From the sequence record PP989838.1: a DNA stretch of 64,000 nt, one strand, 5' to 3'. This stretch comes from Escherichia phage VTCCBPA_211. This document shows positions 1 through 9,206 of the stretch, piece by piece. Numbering within the stretch: position 1 is the stretch's first letter; each line of letters starts with the position of its first letter. Both the position numbers and the translations under genes were made by a program. The notes under the pieces were generated by a model. The model was not told the DNA's origin. It did not search any database and saw only the letters and a program-made list of their open reading frames with translations.

Positions 1-239
1 GCGCTCGCCGCGTGTTTCTCAAAAAGGGGGAGTCCTCATTTAAAAAAAGGGTTATTGGCAATGCCTTTACCTTCCCTTTCAACGTTCCACCTTTCCCCGT
101 GCCTACTCCCCGTAATTATTCCCCCGTGTATACTACCCAATACATTACCTACCCGTTTATTTAGTTCCCCTTTACTGAGTGAGAGAAAGGCCAGCACTGT
201 ACAGGCCAACTGATTAGTCTGCTAATAATGCCATTAATG

Positions 240-500
240 ATGGTTGACAGCTACAGAGTAGCGTCGTATTCCCCCATAGTTACGTTGATAATAGTTTCAA
301 TAGTAATGATTATGAGTGCAATAATGATATATGTATTAATTAAGTGTATGATTGTATTTCTTTTAATTATTCTTTTAAGAATGATTGTTTTTATTTCTTT
401 TAATCTTTTCCTTTTTCAGCGTGCCTTTGTGAGCGTAGCGAACGTCTTTGATGTTTGAGTTAACGATTGATAGCTACGAAGTAGCGTTATACTAATTATT
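240..500. promoter_or_regulatory. AT-rich segment (approx 280-420) flanked by AGTAGCG-containing repeats; candidate origin or regulatory region
   Basis: Read directly: agctacagagtagcgtcgtat (approx 247-267), gagcgtagcgaacg (approx 436-449), agctacgaagtagcgttatac (approx 473-493) flank a very AT-rich stretch with no convincing ORF. Confidence 0.25.
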
Positions 501-649
501 TAAGTGGTATATTATTACCGCACTATCTGGCTATGTTCCCCCGTGGTCTGTTCTGCGGTTGTATGCCCCGTCCTATATAGTAGAAATAGTTTACCCGTGG
601 TCGCTTGTCTTCCTTGTTAAGTAATAGTAAATTGAAGCCTATCAATTGA

Positions 650-841
650 GTGATTGGAGTGATAGAAATGATTATTCTAGTAATGATGGCAATGGCTGTA
701 GTGTTTCCTTTACTTGTTCTGATCGTTTGTGAAGTAGTGGAATTGTTCACTGATAGCAAGTTAAGCCCAAGAAACAAACCTAGTAAGTTTGATGGCGCTA
801 CTTTTAGTAGAAAGAAAGTTAGAAAGATGGTTGCAATGTAA
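650..841 (+). CDS. small hydrophobic membrane protein (probable start ATG 668)
   Basis: ORF with one predicted TM helix (MIILVMMAMAVVFPLLVLIV); first + strand ORF of the early block. Confidence 0.3.
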   Translation: MIGVIEMIILVMMAMAVVFPLLVLIVCEVVELFTDSKLSPRNKPSKFDGATFSRKKVRKMVAM

Positions 842-894
842 GAAAGCGTGTCCTATTATATCCCTATCTGATACATATCAAAGAGGCTTCACAA

Positions 895-1386
895 ATGACT
901 AAACCAATGCAGATGATTAATCTGGCAAGTTATGCGCTAGTCGCCGCGATCGGTGTTAGCGCGCTGGTAACATCTCTTTCTGATAAGGCTATTGCTGGCC
1001 CTATTTCTGCAAATGATGCCGCTAGTGTTTTCGCTAGTTCCATCAATAAAGGTTGGATGATTTGCAATGGTGCGGATAGTGATGGAAGTGCCATTGTGTT
1101 AAAAGTGAAATTTAGCAACGTTACTAATGAGGGCGTTCTCTTTCAGTCTAAGACGTTGGACAATCAGCCGAACAATGATCTGGTACTCAAGCGCACTGAT
1201 AACGATGCGGATATGGTGACGTATGGCACTGTAAAACGTTATAAAGACGTTAAAGCTGTAACCAATCTAGTGAGTTATGGCCCGGTTAATCAGTCGATGA
1301 TTGCCACCACGGTTTACAATAACGCTGATAATGCTGTTTATACTGTTCACATTAATCTAGCCAACTGCATCAAGGCCAGTAAGTAA
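895..1386 (+). CDS. early secreted/periplasmic protein with N-terminal signal peptide, unknown function
   Basis: SD aaagagg before ATG; hydrophobic N-terminus ASYALVAAIGVSALV. Confidence 0.55.
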   Translation: MTKPMQMINLASYALVAAIGVSALVTSLSDKAIAGPISANDAASVFASSINKGWMICNGADSDGSAIVLKVKFSNVTNEGVLFQSKTLDNQPNNDLVLKRTDNDADMVTYGTVKRYKDVKAVTNLVSYGPVNQSMIATTVYNNADNAVYTVHINLANCIKASK

Positions 1387-1413
1387 ATAACCAATTTTCA
1401 GGAGTAACAAAAA

Positions 1414-1665
1414 ATGAGTAACGAAGCGATTAAATTATCCAGCGGTGTTTCTTGTTTTGTGTGTGATACTTTTATCTCGTTCGGCTTGGAAGAAGGTTGC
1501 GTTATAATCCCTACCGTTGCCTTTTGTTCCATGAGTTTTAGCGAGGCTAAAAGATGGCTCCAATTGGTGCGCATTGATATAAATCGCGATGACTTCCGTT
1601 CAATTTACAATGACGGTGGTTTGTCGCTTGCTGGTCTTCTGGATTGTGATTTGCCAAAATGGTGA
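1414..1665 (+). CDS. hypothetical early protein
   Basis: ORF with SD caggag upstream; Cys-rich. Confidence 0.5.
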   Translation: MSNEAIKLSSGVSCFVCDTFISFGLEEGCVIIPTVAFCSMSFSEAKRWLQLVRIDINRDDFRSIYNDGGLSLAGLLDCDLPKW

Positions 1666-1871
1666 TAAAAATGATTCATGATTATCTTTGGCGTTGCTTG
1701 TTCGTTGTTACAGTGGCGTTGTTCGTCGCTGATATGCTTTATTCTTACATCCTTTGAGGTCCGGTTGTGTTGTTTCTGTTTTTGTTTGCCATTGGCTTCA
1801 TTTCTTTAAATTATTTACTGATTGTTGCCGCTCTCGATGTTATTAATCTCACCATTAAAGGTTGATTGGCT

Positions 1872-1967
1872 ATGTGGTTTATTAGATTCGTCGTTAAAAC
1901 GGTTGTAGGCTTCTTTCTGGTCATTCTTCTGTTAGGTGTCCTTCTATCGGCTATGGGTAATGCTTAA
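1872..1967 (+). CDS. small hydrophobic peptide (31 aa), speculative
   Basis: ATG 1872, TAA 1965-1967; translation MWFIRFVVKTVVGFFLVILLLGVLLSAMGNA is one TM helix. Confidence 0.2.
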   Translation: MWFIRFVVKTVVGFFLVILLLGVLLSAMGNA

Positions 1968-2359
1968 ATCCATAGGCTTAATCTTTCTCCTGTATTGTGC
2001 CGTGGTCATGCCTATGGTCATAATCTATCTGATGCTCTAATCCTTCCTATAAGCGCCGCTATGGCGCTTTTCTGTTTTCTAAGGTGATTGTATTCCTTAC
2101 TCCCTTTTAGTTCGCTGTAGTGCGTTTTAGGCCGTTAAATATCGATTTACAAGCCGTTTCCTATGATGTACCGCGTGCGTGCGCTCTTTTACTCTCCCAC
2201 TATGAAAAAAGTTTAAAATATTTTGCTTTACCCTATTGCATCCCTCACTGATTAATGTATACTTCATTTCATCGGGTACGATGTAAAACATACAAGGCAA
2301 GAAATTGCCCCGCTCTTTAAAAATCAGGCTAGAAAGTGAAAATATTCTTAAAAAGAGTA

Positions 2360-2388
2360 TTGACACCAGAAAAAGCCTGATACATAAT
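2360..2388 (+). promoter_or_regulatory. sigma70-type early promoter P1
   Basis: TTGACA (2360-2365), 17-nt spacer, CATAAT (2383-2388); A-rich UP-like tract upstream. Confidence 0.6.
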
Positions 2389-2509
2389 TAGCACACAGTC
2401 AGCGATGACTTGAAAAATCCCGCTCTTTAAAAACTTATCATCTTGCCCTTTCGCACAGAATCACGCGAGAAAGAGGGATAGAAAAGAAAAGAAGATGATA
2501 AAAAAGAGA

Positions 2510-2538
2510 TTGCAAACGTGGTTAAAGTAGTTCATACT
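2510..2538 (+). promoter_or_regulatory. sigma70-type early promoter P2
   Basis: TTGCAA (2510-2515), 17-nt spacer, CATACT (2533-2538); upstream aaaaagaga tract. Confidence 0.5.
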
Positions 2539-2814
2539 AACCACAAGTTAGCAAAACATCGCTAACTAGTTCCCAAATCAACGTATCGCGGGAAAGGTGG
2601 CACATAGTGCAGCGAGTAGTTCGGGATTAGGCGCCCCGTTAATGAATAAGTAAGCCTTTAATGATGCAGTGATTAGCAGACACTATAAAAGGCTAAAAAC
2701 GCTCTTTAACAAAATGAATCATGAGTTAAGCCTTATCGCTTAATCTTCAACCCAACAAAGCGGGTTGATATATCCTCCCAATAGAGGGAACGACGAAAAA
2801 GATTAAAAAAGTGG

Positions 2815-2843
2815 TTGACGGCGAAAACATCATGGTCCATAAT
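2815..2843 (+). promoter_or_regulatory. sigma70-type early promoter P3
   Basis: TTGACG (2815-2820), 17-nt spacer, CATAAT (2838-2843); A-rich tract upstream. Confidence 0.6.
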
Positions 2844-3615
2844 GAGCACACTCAAGCAAAACACCGCTTCAGTGAAAAGCGAAACAACGGCTTACAGTTG
2901 CGTAGTGTGAGAAAGCACACTGACAGATTTACCGCTCTTTAATAATTTAAACATTCTCCTATATCGGTTGCATATGCTGGAAGATAATAACCATCGGAAA
3001 GCATACCAGATAAAACGGTGTAAGGCCCCTAAACTATCAGGGTAAACAGTCTTACAATCCCTTAACTGGAAACGTCACCACTGTTAAACGGATTCATTGA
3101 GTACACGCAACGGCTTAAACTAATCGCCCACGGTTAAAGGGTAGCGGCGGCCATCGCTAACAAGGTGCTACAATGAAAGAAGTTTATCAGGGTAGGCAAG
3201 TCCGACAAATTAACGCCCAATTGAGGGCGGCGGGGGATGGTTAAAAAGTGGCAAATTGCTATTTAACAATAAGGTTTAATGCGAACGTTTACGATGTGAA
3301 CGGCTTGAGATTCGTCTTATGACGGAAGTACATAGTCGGGTTATGTAGTAAACCCGCCGAAAGATATAAAACGCCGGAATATTAGGCGGTCAATGATCTC
3401 TTTCCGCAATAACCTCCCGTAGTGGGCGATGGTTAGCGGTTAGGAGTTGGCACAAAGGATAAGCGGGAGCGAAAACAAAGTAGACGATATTGCCGACGGT
3501 TACAGCAATGTAATTAAATAGAGTCGGACGCATAGCCTTATTGTGATGATTGATCATCGCTATCAGGTCGGCTTCGTTTATAGCGACTAATTAAAGATAC
3601 CAGATGAAACATCAC

Positions 3616-3664
3616 GGATAAGGGGGCGGCAAGGTTAACTCCTGATAAGACCGCCCCGCTTATC
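3616..3664. repeat. imperfect inverted repeat (about 13 bp arms, 21-nt spacer)
   Basis: ggataagggggcgg ... ccgccccgcttatc read directly. Confidence 0.35.
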
Positions 3665-3765
3665 AATAATTACTTAACAATGAGTGGTTATCGATAAGTC
3701 AACAGTGACTTAAAAAGCTCATAGAGAGCGGGGCATAGTGCCCTTACAATTGAAAGGTGAATATC

Positions 3766-4665
3766 ATGGCTAAAATCTTTACTCTGGTTAACGAATCTGG
3801 TTTTAATGCTCTGGCTAACAATATCCGTAGCAATAATGCAGCGATCAAACAGGATGTTTCTAATTTTCTGTTAGGGCACTTACAGCACTTCCGTAGCAAC
3901 GGTAAAAAGTTAGACGTATTGCAGTCGGCGGTTGATTTTCTGTTAACCGAACGTTTCCGCGATATGGATGTTATTGCTACCGCAATCACTTTCTTAACTC
4001 CTATCAAGTTTAACACTGATGCGGCGAATGGTCGTAAGAAGTGGATTAATCTGGAAGGTGAAGCGAAAGCGAAAGAAGATGCGAAAGAAGCGCAAATTAA
4101 AACCAAAATGGAGCAAAACCGCGCTCGCTGGTCAAACGCTTTCGAAAACTTCGCGTTAGGTCGTGAAATTGAAGTCGATAACCCTAACTTCTTCAAAGGT
4201 TGCAATGACAACGTAGCGGCACACCTGCAAATTCCGGCAAAGAATAAAGAAGACTTTAACCAAGATATTTACGCTTTGGTTGAACGCTTGAATGCAATCC
4301 GTATTGAAGCCAAATTACTGGCTGATGAGCGCAACGGCGCAACCAGTGATAATACTATCGCCTTAAGTGAAGAAGTGGGCAAGGTTAAAAAGTCCTTTGA
4401 TTCACTCATCAAGAAAGTCACGGCATCGACGGTAGCGATCTCAGATGATTATCTGATGAACGCATCAAGCAAGGAGCTGGAATCACTCGATTCATACGCT
4501 GATGAAATGGAAAAGACTGTTGCAGCTATGCAGGAGAAGTTAGAAAGTCTGCGCGGTCGTATCTCTTCAACGGTTGCTACCCGTACCGAACAAGCTGCGA
4601 AAGAAGAAGAGGAAGAAGTATTGCGTAAAGCTGCTGAAATTATGGCGGCACGTCAGGCGGCATAA
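3766..4665 (+). CDS. early protein, unknown function (acidic/coiled C-terminal half)
   Basis: ATG 3766 preceded by SD gaaaggtga; 299 aa ORF followed by intrinsic terminator. Confidence 0.7.
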   Translation: MAKIFTLVNESGFNALANNIRSNNAAIKQDVSNFLLGHLQHFRSNGKKLDVLQSAVDFLLTERFRDMDVIATAITFLTPIKFNTDAANGRKKWINLEGEAKAKEDAKEAQIKTKMEQNRARWSNAFENFALGREIEVDNPNFFKGCNDNVAAHLQIPAKNKEDFNQDIYALVERLNAIRIEAKLLADERNGATSDNTIALSEEVGKVKKSFDSLIKKVTASTVAISDDYLMNASSKELESLDSYADEMEKTVAAMQEKLESLRGRISSTVATRTEQAAKEEEEEVLRKAAEIMAARQAA

Positions 4666-4688
4666 GTAAGACAATCTAAATAAACATA

Positions 4689-4720
4689 AGGCGCTATCTT
4701 AACGGGTAGCGCCTTTTCTT
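4689..4720 (+). terminator. rho-independent terminator
   Basis: ggcgcta...tagcgcc hairpin followed by ttttcttt. Confidence 0.6.
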
Positions 4721-4766
4721 TATCAGTGCATTGATTCAGTGCATTAATCAAAGAATCTAATCAAAG

Positions 4767-4994
4767 GTGACGATCATGTTAATTACACATACCACGATTT
4801 ATCGGAATCTTGTCAACGGTCAACATTACCGCCTATCTAAAAAGTATGGCGTTGAATGTAAATGCGTTATTACCGGTGAATGGTATCCGTCACCAATGAA
4901 GATTGAAACGTTGGAACGTGAAGCGATCAGCTATATTATCACGCAAGAAACAACGTTAGGCCGTATCTTAAGAAAGCTGGGATTGAGAAAATGA
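4767..4994 (+). CDS. hypothetical small protein
   Basis: ORF; stop overlaps next start (ATGA) indicating translational coupling. Confidence 0.55.
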   Translation: MTIMLITHTTIYRNLVNGQHYRLSKKYGVECKCVITGEWYPSPMKIETLEREAISYIITQETTLGRILRKLGLRK

Positions 4995-5215
4995 TATTCA
5001 GTAATAATTTTGGCAAGTGTCCTATTTGTGAGAAGCATCGCAGCACGGGAAACCATCGCAAGTGTAGTAAGATATTACAGCGCCAACGTGATAACAACCA
5101 TTGGGATACTGTGCACACTAACCAGCGTAAAGAAGAAGTTAGGAAAATGGCTGTTAAAGCGTCGTTTGCTCAATCAACCCGTATCGAACATATTCAAAGG
5201 TATCAAGCATTATGA
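4991..5215 (+). CDS. hypothetical small protein with CxxC motif
   Basis: ATGA overlaps at both ends; GKCPICEKH. Confidence 0.5.
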   Translation: MIFSNNFGKCPICEKHRSTGNHRKCSKILQRQRDNNHWDTVHTNQRKEEVRKMAVKASFAQSTRIEHIQRYQAL

Positions 5216-5421
5216 TCACTAATATTTCAGAGTTTAAGAAAGCGCCATCTCGTTTGTTAGGTCGTCGTGTTATATATCTTTACAGCAATAAAGGTAAATG
5301 TACAACCGGACAAATTACAACGGTGAGTAGTACCAACAAAACATTACTAAAATTATGCGTAACTATGGATGATGGTACAATCCTGCTACGTAGTTGGAAG
5401 TCATTTAGTTTACTCGATTAA
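5212..5421 (+). CDS. hypothetical small protein
   Basis: ATGA overlap with upstream gene. Confidence 0.5.
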   Translation: MITNISEFKKAPSRLLGRRVIYLYSNKGKCTTGQITTVSSTNKTLLKLCVTMDDGTILLRSWKSFSLLD

Positions 5422-5490
5422 GTTATTTGTTCAAGCCTATCGCCTTGGTGGGCTTGCCCGATATAACTTATCACTGAAAGGAGTGAGATT

Positions 5491-5934
5491 ATGGCTAAAT
5501 CTAAAATCAGTATGAAGGGCGGGCGTTGTTTTTCTATCTCTGAACTGGAGAAAGAGAAGCCGAAGGCAACCAATTACATTAGTAAGCGCAGTTTAAAACG
5601 TCGTGCTGCAAAGGCTGAAGCTGAATCCTATATCCCTTCTAGTGTGGCAAAACGTGTAGGTCATCGCGTCCATCGTGCTGATGCGTTGTTGTTAGCTGAT
5701 CATAAACGTTCTTTGTTAAAGAGCGGGGGAGCTAAAACAGAAGAAGAGAAGAAATTAGAAATATTCTGTAATGGTCGCACCCGTGGTAAACAGAAGTTTA
5801 AGGGTAGCACGAAAGACCCTCAGGCTTTCCCTAAGACAAGCCAGTGTGCACCTGATGTTTTCTACGCAGACAGTAAACACAAGTGGGGCGTTGAAAAATA
5901 CATTGACCCTATCAAAGAGGCGAGGGTTAAGTAG
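5491..5934 (+). CDS. basic (Lys/Arg-rich) early protein, unknown function
   Basis: SD gaaaggag; 147 aa ORF. Confidence 0.6.
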   Translation: MAKSKISMKGGRCFSISELEKEKPKATNYISKRSLKRRAAKAEAESYIPSSVAKRVGHRVHRADALLLADHKRSLLKSGGAKTEEEKKLEIFCNGRTRGKQKFKGSTKDPQAFPKTSQCAPDVFYADSKHKWGVEKYIDPIKEARVK

Positions 5935-5947
5935 TAGGAATATATCC

Positions 5948-5979
5948 CCTCTTTTAGTACTATGACGCTCTTTCTGTAG
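5948..5979 (+). promoter_or_regulatory. conserved intergenic motif CCTCTTTTAGTACTATGACGC (copy 1; copy 2 at 11708-11740)
   Basis: Near-identical roughly 30-nt block immediately after stop codons at two loci. Confidence 0.35.
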
Positions 5980-6013
5980 CGTCGTGCCCTCTCCCCATTT
6001 GAAGCTTCCGCAT

Positions 6014-6037
6014 AGCCGCCTTTGAGCGGCTTTTTGC
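6014..6037 (+). terminator. putative intrinsic terminator
   Basis: agccgc...gcggct hairpin followed by ttttt. Confidence 0.45.
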
Positions 6038-6098
6038 GTTGCTGTAAGTGCATTTGCGAGTGTATTTATAGCAACGGTCATGTGTTGCTTTCAGGTTT

Positions 6099-6126
6099 GC
6101 CCCGGCTACGGCTGGGGCTTTTTTAT
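6099..6126 (+). terminator. intrinsic terminator
   Basis: gccccggc tacg gctggggc hairpin followed by tttttta. Confidence 0.6.
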
Positions 6127-6173
6127 GCCCGTAAAACAGGAGGTAGCAAGTTCTGATAACAACGGCACAGCTA

Positions 6174-6563
6174 ATGTTGACATTGACTATTTATTATGAG
6201 GCAGGGAATCAGCCAACCGCATGTAAAGCTATGGTTGCGGATACCGTGATAAATAGAATGGCCCAACGAAAACTGACCGCTGAACAGGTGATAAGACAAA
6301 AGAACCAGTTTGAGTGGATTCCGGTACTATTAAAACAGGAGAAACCTTATAAACGTTATGTAAAGCTGATTCGTGATAAAAATCCGATGACTAAGCAAGC
6401 CATTGGAGAAAGCGAGCGACTTGCTAAACGTGCCCTTAAGAAGAATTATGTTCCGCTGTACAGTGGGACTTACTTTCAGAGTAAGAGCGAAGGGGTGCCA
6501 AAATGGTATGCCAATCCCATGTATTGTGGTGATTTAGTGTTCGATAATAGCTCTAGGGAATAA
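6174..6563 (+). CDS. putative SleB-like cell-wall hydrolase domain protein
   Basis: Motifs EAGNQPTACKAMVADTVINRM and QKNQFEW resemble the SleB/Hydrolase_2 family (recollection). Confidence 0.45.
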   Translation: MLTLTIYYEAGNQPTACKAMVADTVINRMAQRKLTAEQVIRQKNQFEWIPVLLKQEKPYKRYVKLIRDKNPMTKQAIGESERLAKRALKKNYVPLYSGTYFQSKSEGVPKWYANPMYCGDLVFDNSSRE

Positions 6564-6762
6564 TCACTAGTGCCAGATTTGACAAACTAAATTCCTTTAT
6601 AAACCAACCACTTAGTAAATTTATTGAAAAAGATGGTAGTATTCTGGGACTATGAGTAATGCTCTGTATATAGACCCTTTGAAAATTTCTTAGAAAATAA
6701 GTTTACTAAATATAACTTACTTAAATAATATTACTTTTAATCTCTGATAAAGGGTAAATAAT

Positions 6763-7059
6763 ATGACTTTAGAAGTATATAAATTCCTTTTTGTAAGCTG
6801 TTTAACTATCAGCGTTATAGGATTTATTATCCTTAGAAACAAAGCAGCAAGCTGGGAGAGAATGTATAAATCCCTAGTCCGAGTGGATGAGATGTATAAT
6901 GAGAAAGTTAAAGTGACTCTTAACGATCTTATTATGCAAGTTGAAGACAGAAACAAACGTCTTCAGAACCTCAATCATGAAGTATTGCGCCTTGCTCGTG
7001 CTAATGAAGACTTGCGAGTGGCTATTGCTAAGCAGCAGGAGATTAACAGTGATAATTGA
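6763..7059 (+). CDS. membrane-anchored coiled-coil protein, unknown function
   Basis: N-terminal TM (FLFVSCLTISVIGFIIL) then helical region. Confidence 0.5.
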   Translation: MTLEVYKFLFVSCLTISVIGFIILRNKAASWERMYKSLVRVDEMYNEKVKVTLNDLIMQVEDRNKRLQNLNHEVLRLARANEDLRVAIAKQQEINSDN

Positions 7060-7060
7060 T

Positions 7061-7285
7061 ATGAACCATCCACCAAAGAAGTTAACTCTTGGGGATCTAG
7101 ATTCAGGTGATGTGTTCCAATTCTTTGTGAACTCTGATGATTTTTATATGGCTTCCTGTAGATTTAACAAATCGGATGGTTGTAGAAATTATATGAACCT
7201 TTCGAACGGTGTGATCTCAGCAGATCGTAATACTGTGGTTGTTAAGAAGATTAACAATGCTCGACTTACAGATAAGGTGGATTAA
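7061..7285 (+). CDS. small-protein paralog family A, member 1
   Basis: ATG 7061 right after upstream stop; motif LTLGDLDSGDVFQF shared with six other ORFs. Confidence 0.55.
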   Translation: MNHPPKKLTLGDLDSGDVFQFFVNSDDFYMASCRFNKSDGCRNYMNLSNGVISADRNTVVVKKINNARLTDKVD

Positions 7286-7287
7286 CA

Positions 7288-7524
7288 GTGAAAGTTAATA
7301 TTAAATCTGATCGTACAATGCTTCGATTAAATAACATGAAGCCGGGCGTTCTGTTTGAGCGTAAAGAGTCCCTTTATATTAGAACTGACACATTGTACGC
7401 AGATAACTATGTGAACTGTGTTGATGTGGTAACTGGAAAGCTAATGCCTATTAAACGAGATGAAGTCTGCCAAGTACGCAGTGATCTCCACATAACAAAC
7501 ATAGAGGCTAAAGATGAAGATTGA
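7288..7524 (+). CDS. small-protein paralog family A, member 2
   Basis: Tandem with 7061 and 7514 genes; similar size and motif layout. Confidence 0.5.
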   Translation: MKVNIKSDRTMLRLNNMKPGVLFERKESLYIRTDTLYADNYVNCVDVVTGKLMPIKRDEVCQVRSDLHITNIEAKDED

Positions 7525-7768
7525 TCTGAACCTTAAAGCTAAAGAATTGCGTGTGGGTGATTTGAAACTTGGTGATGTGTTCCAAGTTAAGGCAACATGT
7601 ATTGATTATTACATGATTGTTCAGCTATACACACCACATGTGTCAGAGACTGATCTTCGGAATGGTTGTGTAGTTCTTAGTTTAAGCACCAATCAAGTAA
7701 TGAAGCTAGATTCAAACTTACCTGTTTCAGTCATCCATGATGTAGTAATTACTAATAAAGAAAAGTAA
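7514..7768 (+). CDS. small-protein paralog family A, member 3
   Basis: LRVGDLKLGDVFQV motif. Confidence 0.55.
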   Translation: MKIDLNLKAKELRVGDLKLGDVFQVKATCIDYYMIVQLYTPHVSETDLRNGCVVLSLSTNQVMKLDSNLPVSVIHDVVITNKEK

Positions 7769-7776
7769 CATCGACT

Positions 7777-7880
7777 TATAGCCCTTGTGTTTATCAGAGG
7801 GCTATGTGAGGGTGTTCCTCATTAACTTATTAATTCAGGCATATGCCACACCGCTAGGGAGAGCTTGCTCGAACATCCGG
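7777..7880 (+). promoter_or_regulatory. conserved intergenic element (hairpin + GTGAG + GCTAGGG...AACATCCG), copy 1
   Basis: atagccct...agggctat hairpin at 7777-7805 then gctagggagagcttgctcgaacatccgg at 7853-7880; near-identical copy at 12041-12150. Confidence 0.4.
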
Positions 7881-8126
7881 TGTTAGACTAAAACCTGTTA
7901 ATTTTCGAAAGACTTTCTGATATGTAGGGGTACATATTGGTTTGGGATTCAGGAGACTTCCTAGGGGTAGGGAGTCTTCACCAGTTGGGATAAGAGATAG
8001 CTCTAGAACCTGAACTCTTAGGCAGAGAAGGTCGGCAATGAGTACGCGGTCAGAATTAGTCTACTGACTAGGGCTATCCCTTATATCAACTGGCAATAAT
8101 GCCTCCACTAACAAAGAGAGATAGAT

Positions 8127-8267
8127 ATGAAAGTATCAACCAAACGTATGAACCGCCCTGAACGTATGGATGCAGTAGCTAATGGTGCTCTGAAACTGGA
8201 AGGCTTCTGGATTCATGCGATGTCAGCCATCCGTAACAAGCAAGGCAATTGGACCTATGGTAACTAA
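8127..8267 (+). CDS. small ORF (46 aa), speculative
   Basis: SD aaagagag before ATG 8127. Confidence 0.3.
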   Translation: MKVSTKRMNRPERMDAVANGALKLEGFWIHAMSAIRNKQGNWTYGN

Positions 8268-8457
8268 CAAAGAACAAAAAGCTATCTGTCGTTGTGCTCC
8301 TTTCTTCTTTGCAGAAGACGGGGATGTGTTCAGTAAGCTTGCACAAGAGTTAGGTTGTTCTCGAACTGGTGCTAAGGTAGTCTTTCATAAGTGGCTTATC
8401 TATTCTGACTCTTACGTGGCTATCAAATTAAGAGAACTGCAAATACACACGCTTTGA
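8215..8457 (+). CDS. hypothetical small protein (start uncertain, possibly ATG 8257)
   Basis: ORF overlapping previous small ORF; contains GDVF like family A. Confidence 0.35.
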   Translation: MRCQPSVTSKAIGPMVTNKEQKAICRCAPFFFAEDGDVFSKLAQELGCSRTGAKVVFHKWLIYSDSYVAIKLRELQIHTL

Positions 8458-8538
8458 ATAAAAGGCTGCCCAATCGGGTGGCCTTTGTTGTTTTAATTAA
8501 GGGTCAGCTCTTACTTAAACTAACAAGAGGAAGCTCAA

Positions 8539-8715
8539 ATGTCTAAGCAAACAATCAAACATACGCAAGCTGGTTACTCTTATGTTAACTCTCCTTGTTG
8601 TGGCGCTCGTGTCAATATGGTTAAGGAAGAGGTTCGTATCGTTCAGCGTGGCGCTACTGTTGTTCGTTCATGCTGTGTCTGTGGTAATGATATTTTTATC
8701 AAAGGTAAAGTATGA
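8539..8715 (+). CDS. small zinc-ribbon-like protein (58 aa)
   Basis: SD aagagga; CC..., ...CCVC cysteine pairs; ATGA overlap with next gene. Confidence 0.45.
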   Translation: MSKQTIKHTQAGYSYVNSPCCGARVNMVKEEVRIVQRGATVVRSCCVCGNDIFIKGKV

Positions 8716-8963
8716 AAAACTTTCAAGCTGCACCAATTACTAAAGTGATTGCAGTTAATGATGTGATGATGGCTGTTCCTCTGAACACTCGTTACATTGC
8801 AATTGACAAGATGGGTTATGTATGGGCTTGGAAGATTAAGCCTAGCTATAACGCACTGTTTGATGAGTTTGTTTGTACTGGTACTTACAGTCCTACATTC
8901 TTGGGTTTGTTTAGTGAGTTTGATGGTCAGTATAAAATCATCACACTCCCTGCTTGTGCTTGA
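8712..8963 (+). CDS. hypothetical protein, paralog of 8971-9204
   Basis: YIAIDKMGYVWAWKIKP vs YLATDSNGEVYGFTHKPEI. Confidence 0.5.
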   Translation: MKNFQAAPITKVIAVNDVMMAVPLNTRYIAIDKMGYVWAWKIKPSYNALFDEFVCTGTYSPTFLGLFSEFDGQYKIITLPACA

Positions 8964-8970
8964 GGTTCTG

Positions 8971-9204
8971 ATGGAGACTAAAGAGGTTAAATATTTTGGT
9001 GAAGTTGTTAAAGTAGGTAACTCTATAAGATATTTAGCAACTGATAGCAACGGCGAAGTGTATGGCTTTACCCATAAGCCAGAAATTCGTGGATATGCTT
9101 GGGCACTCCCTTATGGAACTCCATTCGAGACTGGAGGAGCTGTTTATCTTAATGATAATGGACCTATGTTTGCATGGAAAACATCTCTCGTTGAGGTAGT
9201 GTAA
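8971..9204 (+). CDS. hypothetical protein, paralog of 8712-8963
   Basis: ATG 8971 in frame of the longer track ORF; shared motif with upstream gene. Confidence 0.5.
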   Translation: METKEVKYFGEVVKVGNSIRYLATDSNGEVYGFTHKPEIRGYAWALPYGTPFETGGAVYLNDNGPMFAWKTSLVEVV

Positions 9205-9206
9205 TT

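Larger units (their letters stand above)
2311..2945 (+). repeat. four dispersed copies of CGCTCTTTAA(A/C/T)AA interleaved with the early promoters
   Basis: Copies read at 2311-2323, 2421-2433, 2700-2714, 2933-2945. Confidence 0.5.

Noticed and set aside
228-458. Track ORF (76 aa) in the AT-rich leader
   Set aside because: Translation is an implausible hydrophobic low-complexity peptide with no SD; treated as regulatory DNA.
523-777. Minus-strand ORF (84 aa)
   Set aside because: Antisense to the + strand early block with no ribosome-binding site; all convincing genes here are on + strand.
3744-4211. Minus-strand ORF (155 aa) overlapping gene 3766-4665
   Set aside because: Antisense shadow ORF; the + frame has SD, a terminator and better codon periodicity.
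5755-6081. Minus-strand ORFs (5755-6081, 5862-6053) in the terminator region
   Set aside because: They overlap + strand gene 5491-5934 and terminator hairpins; no start signals.
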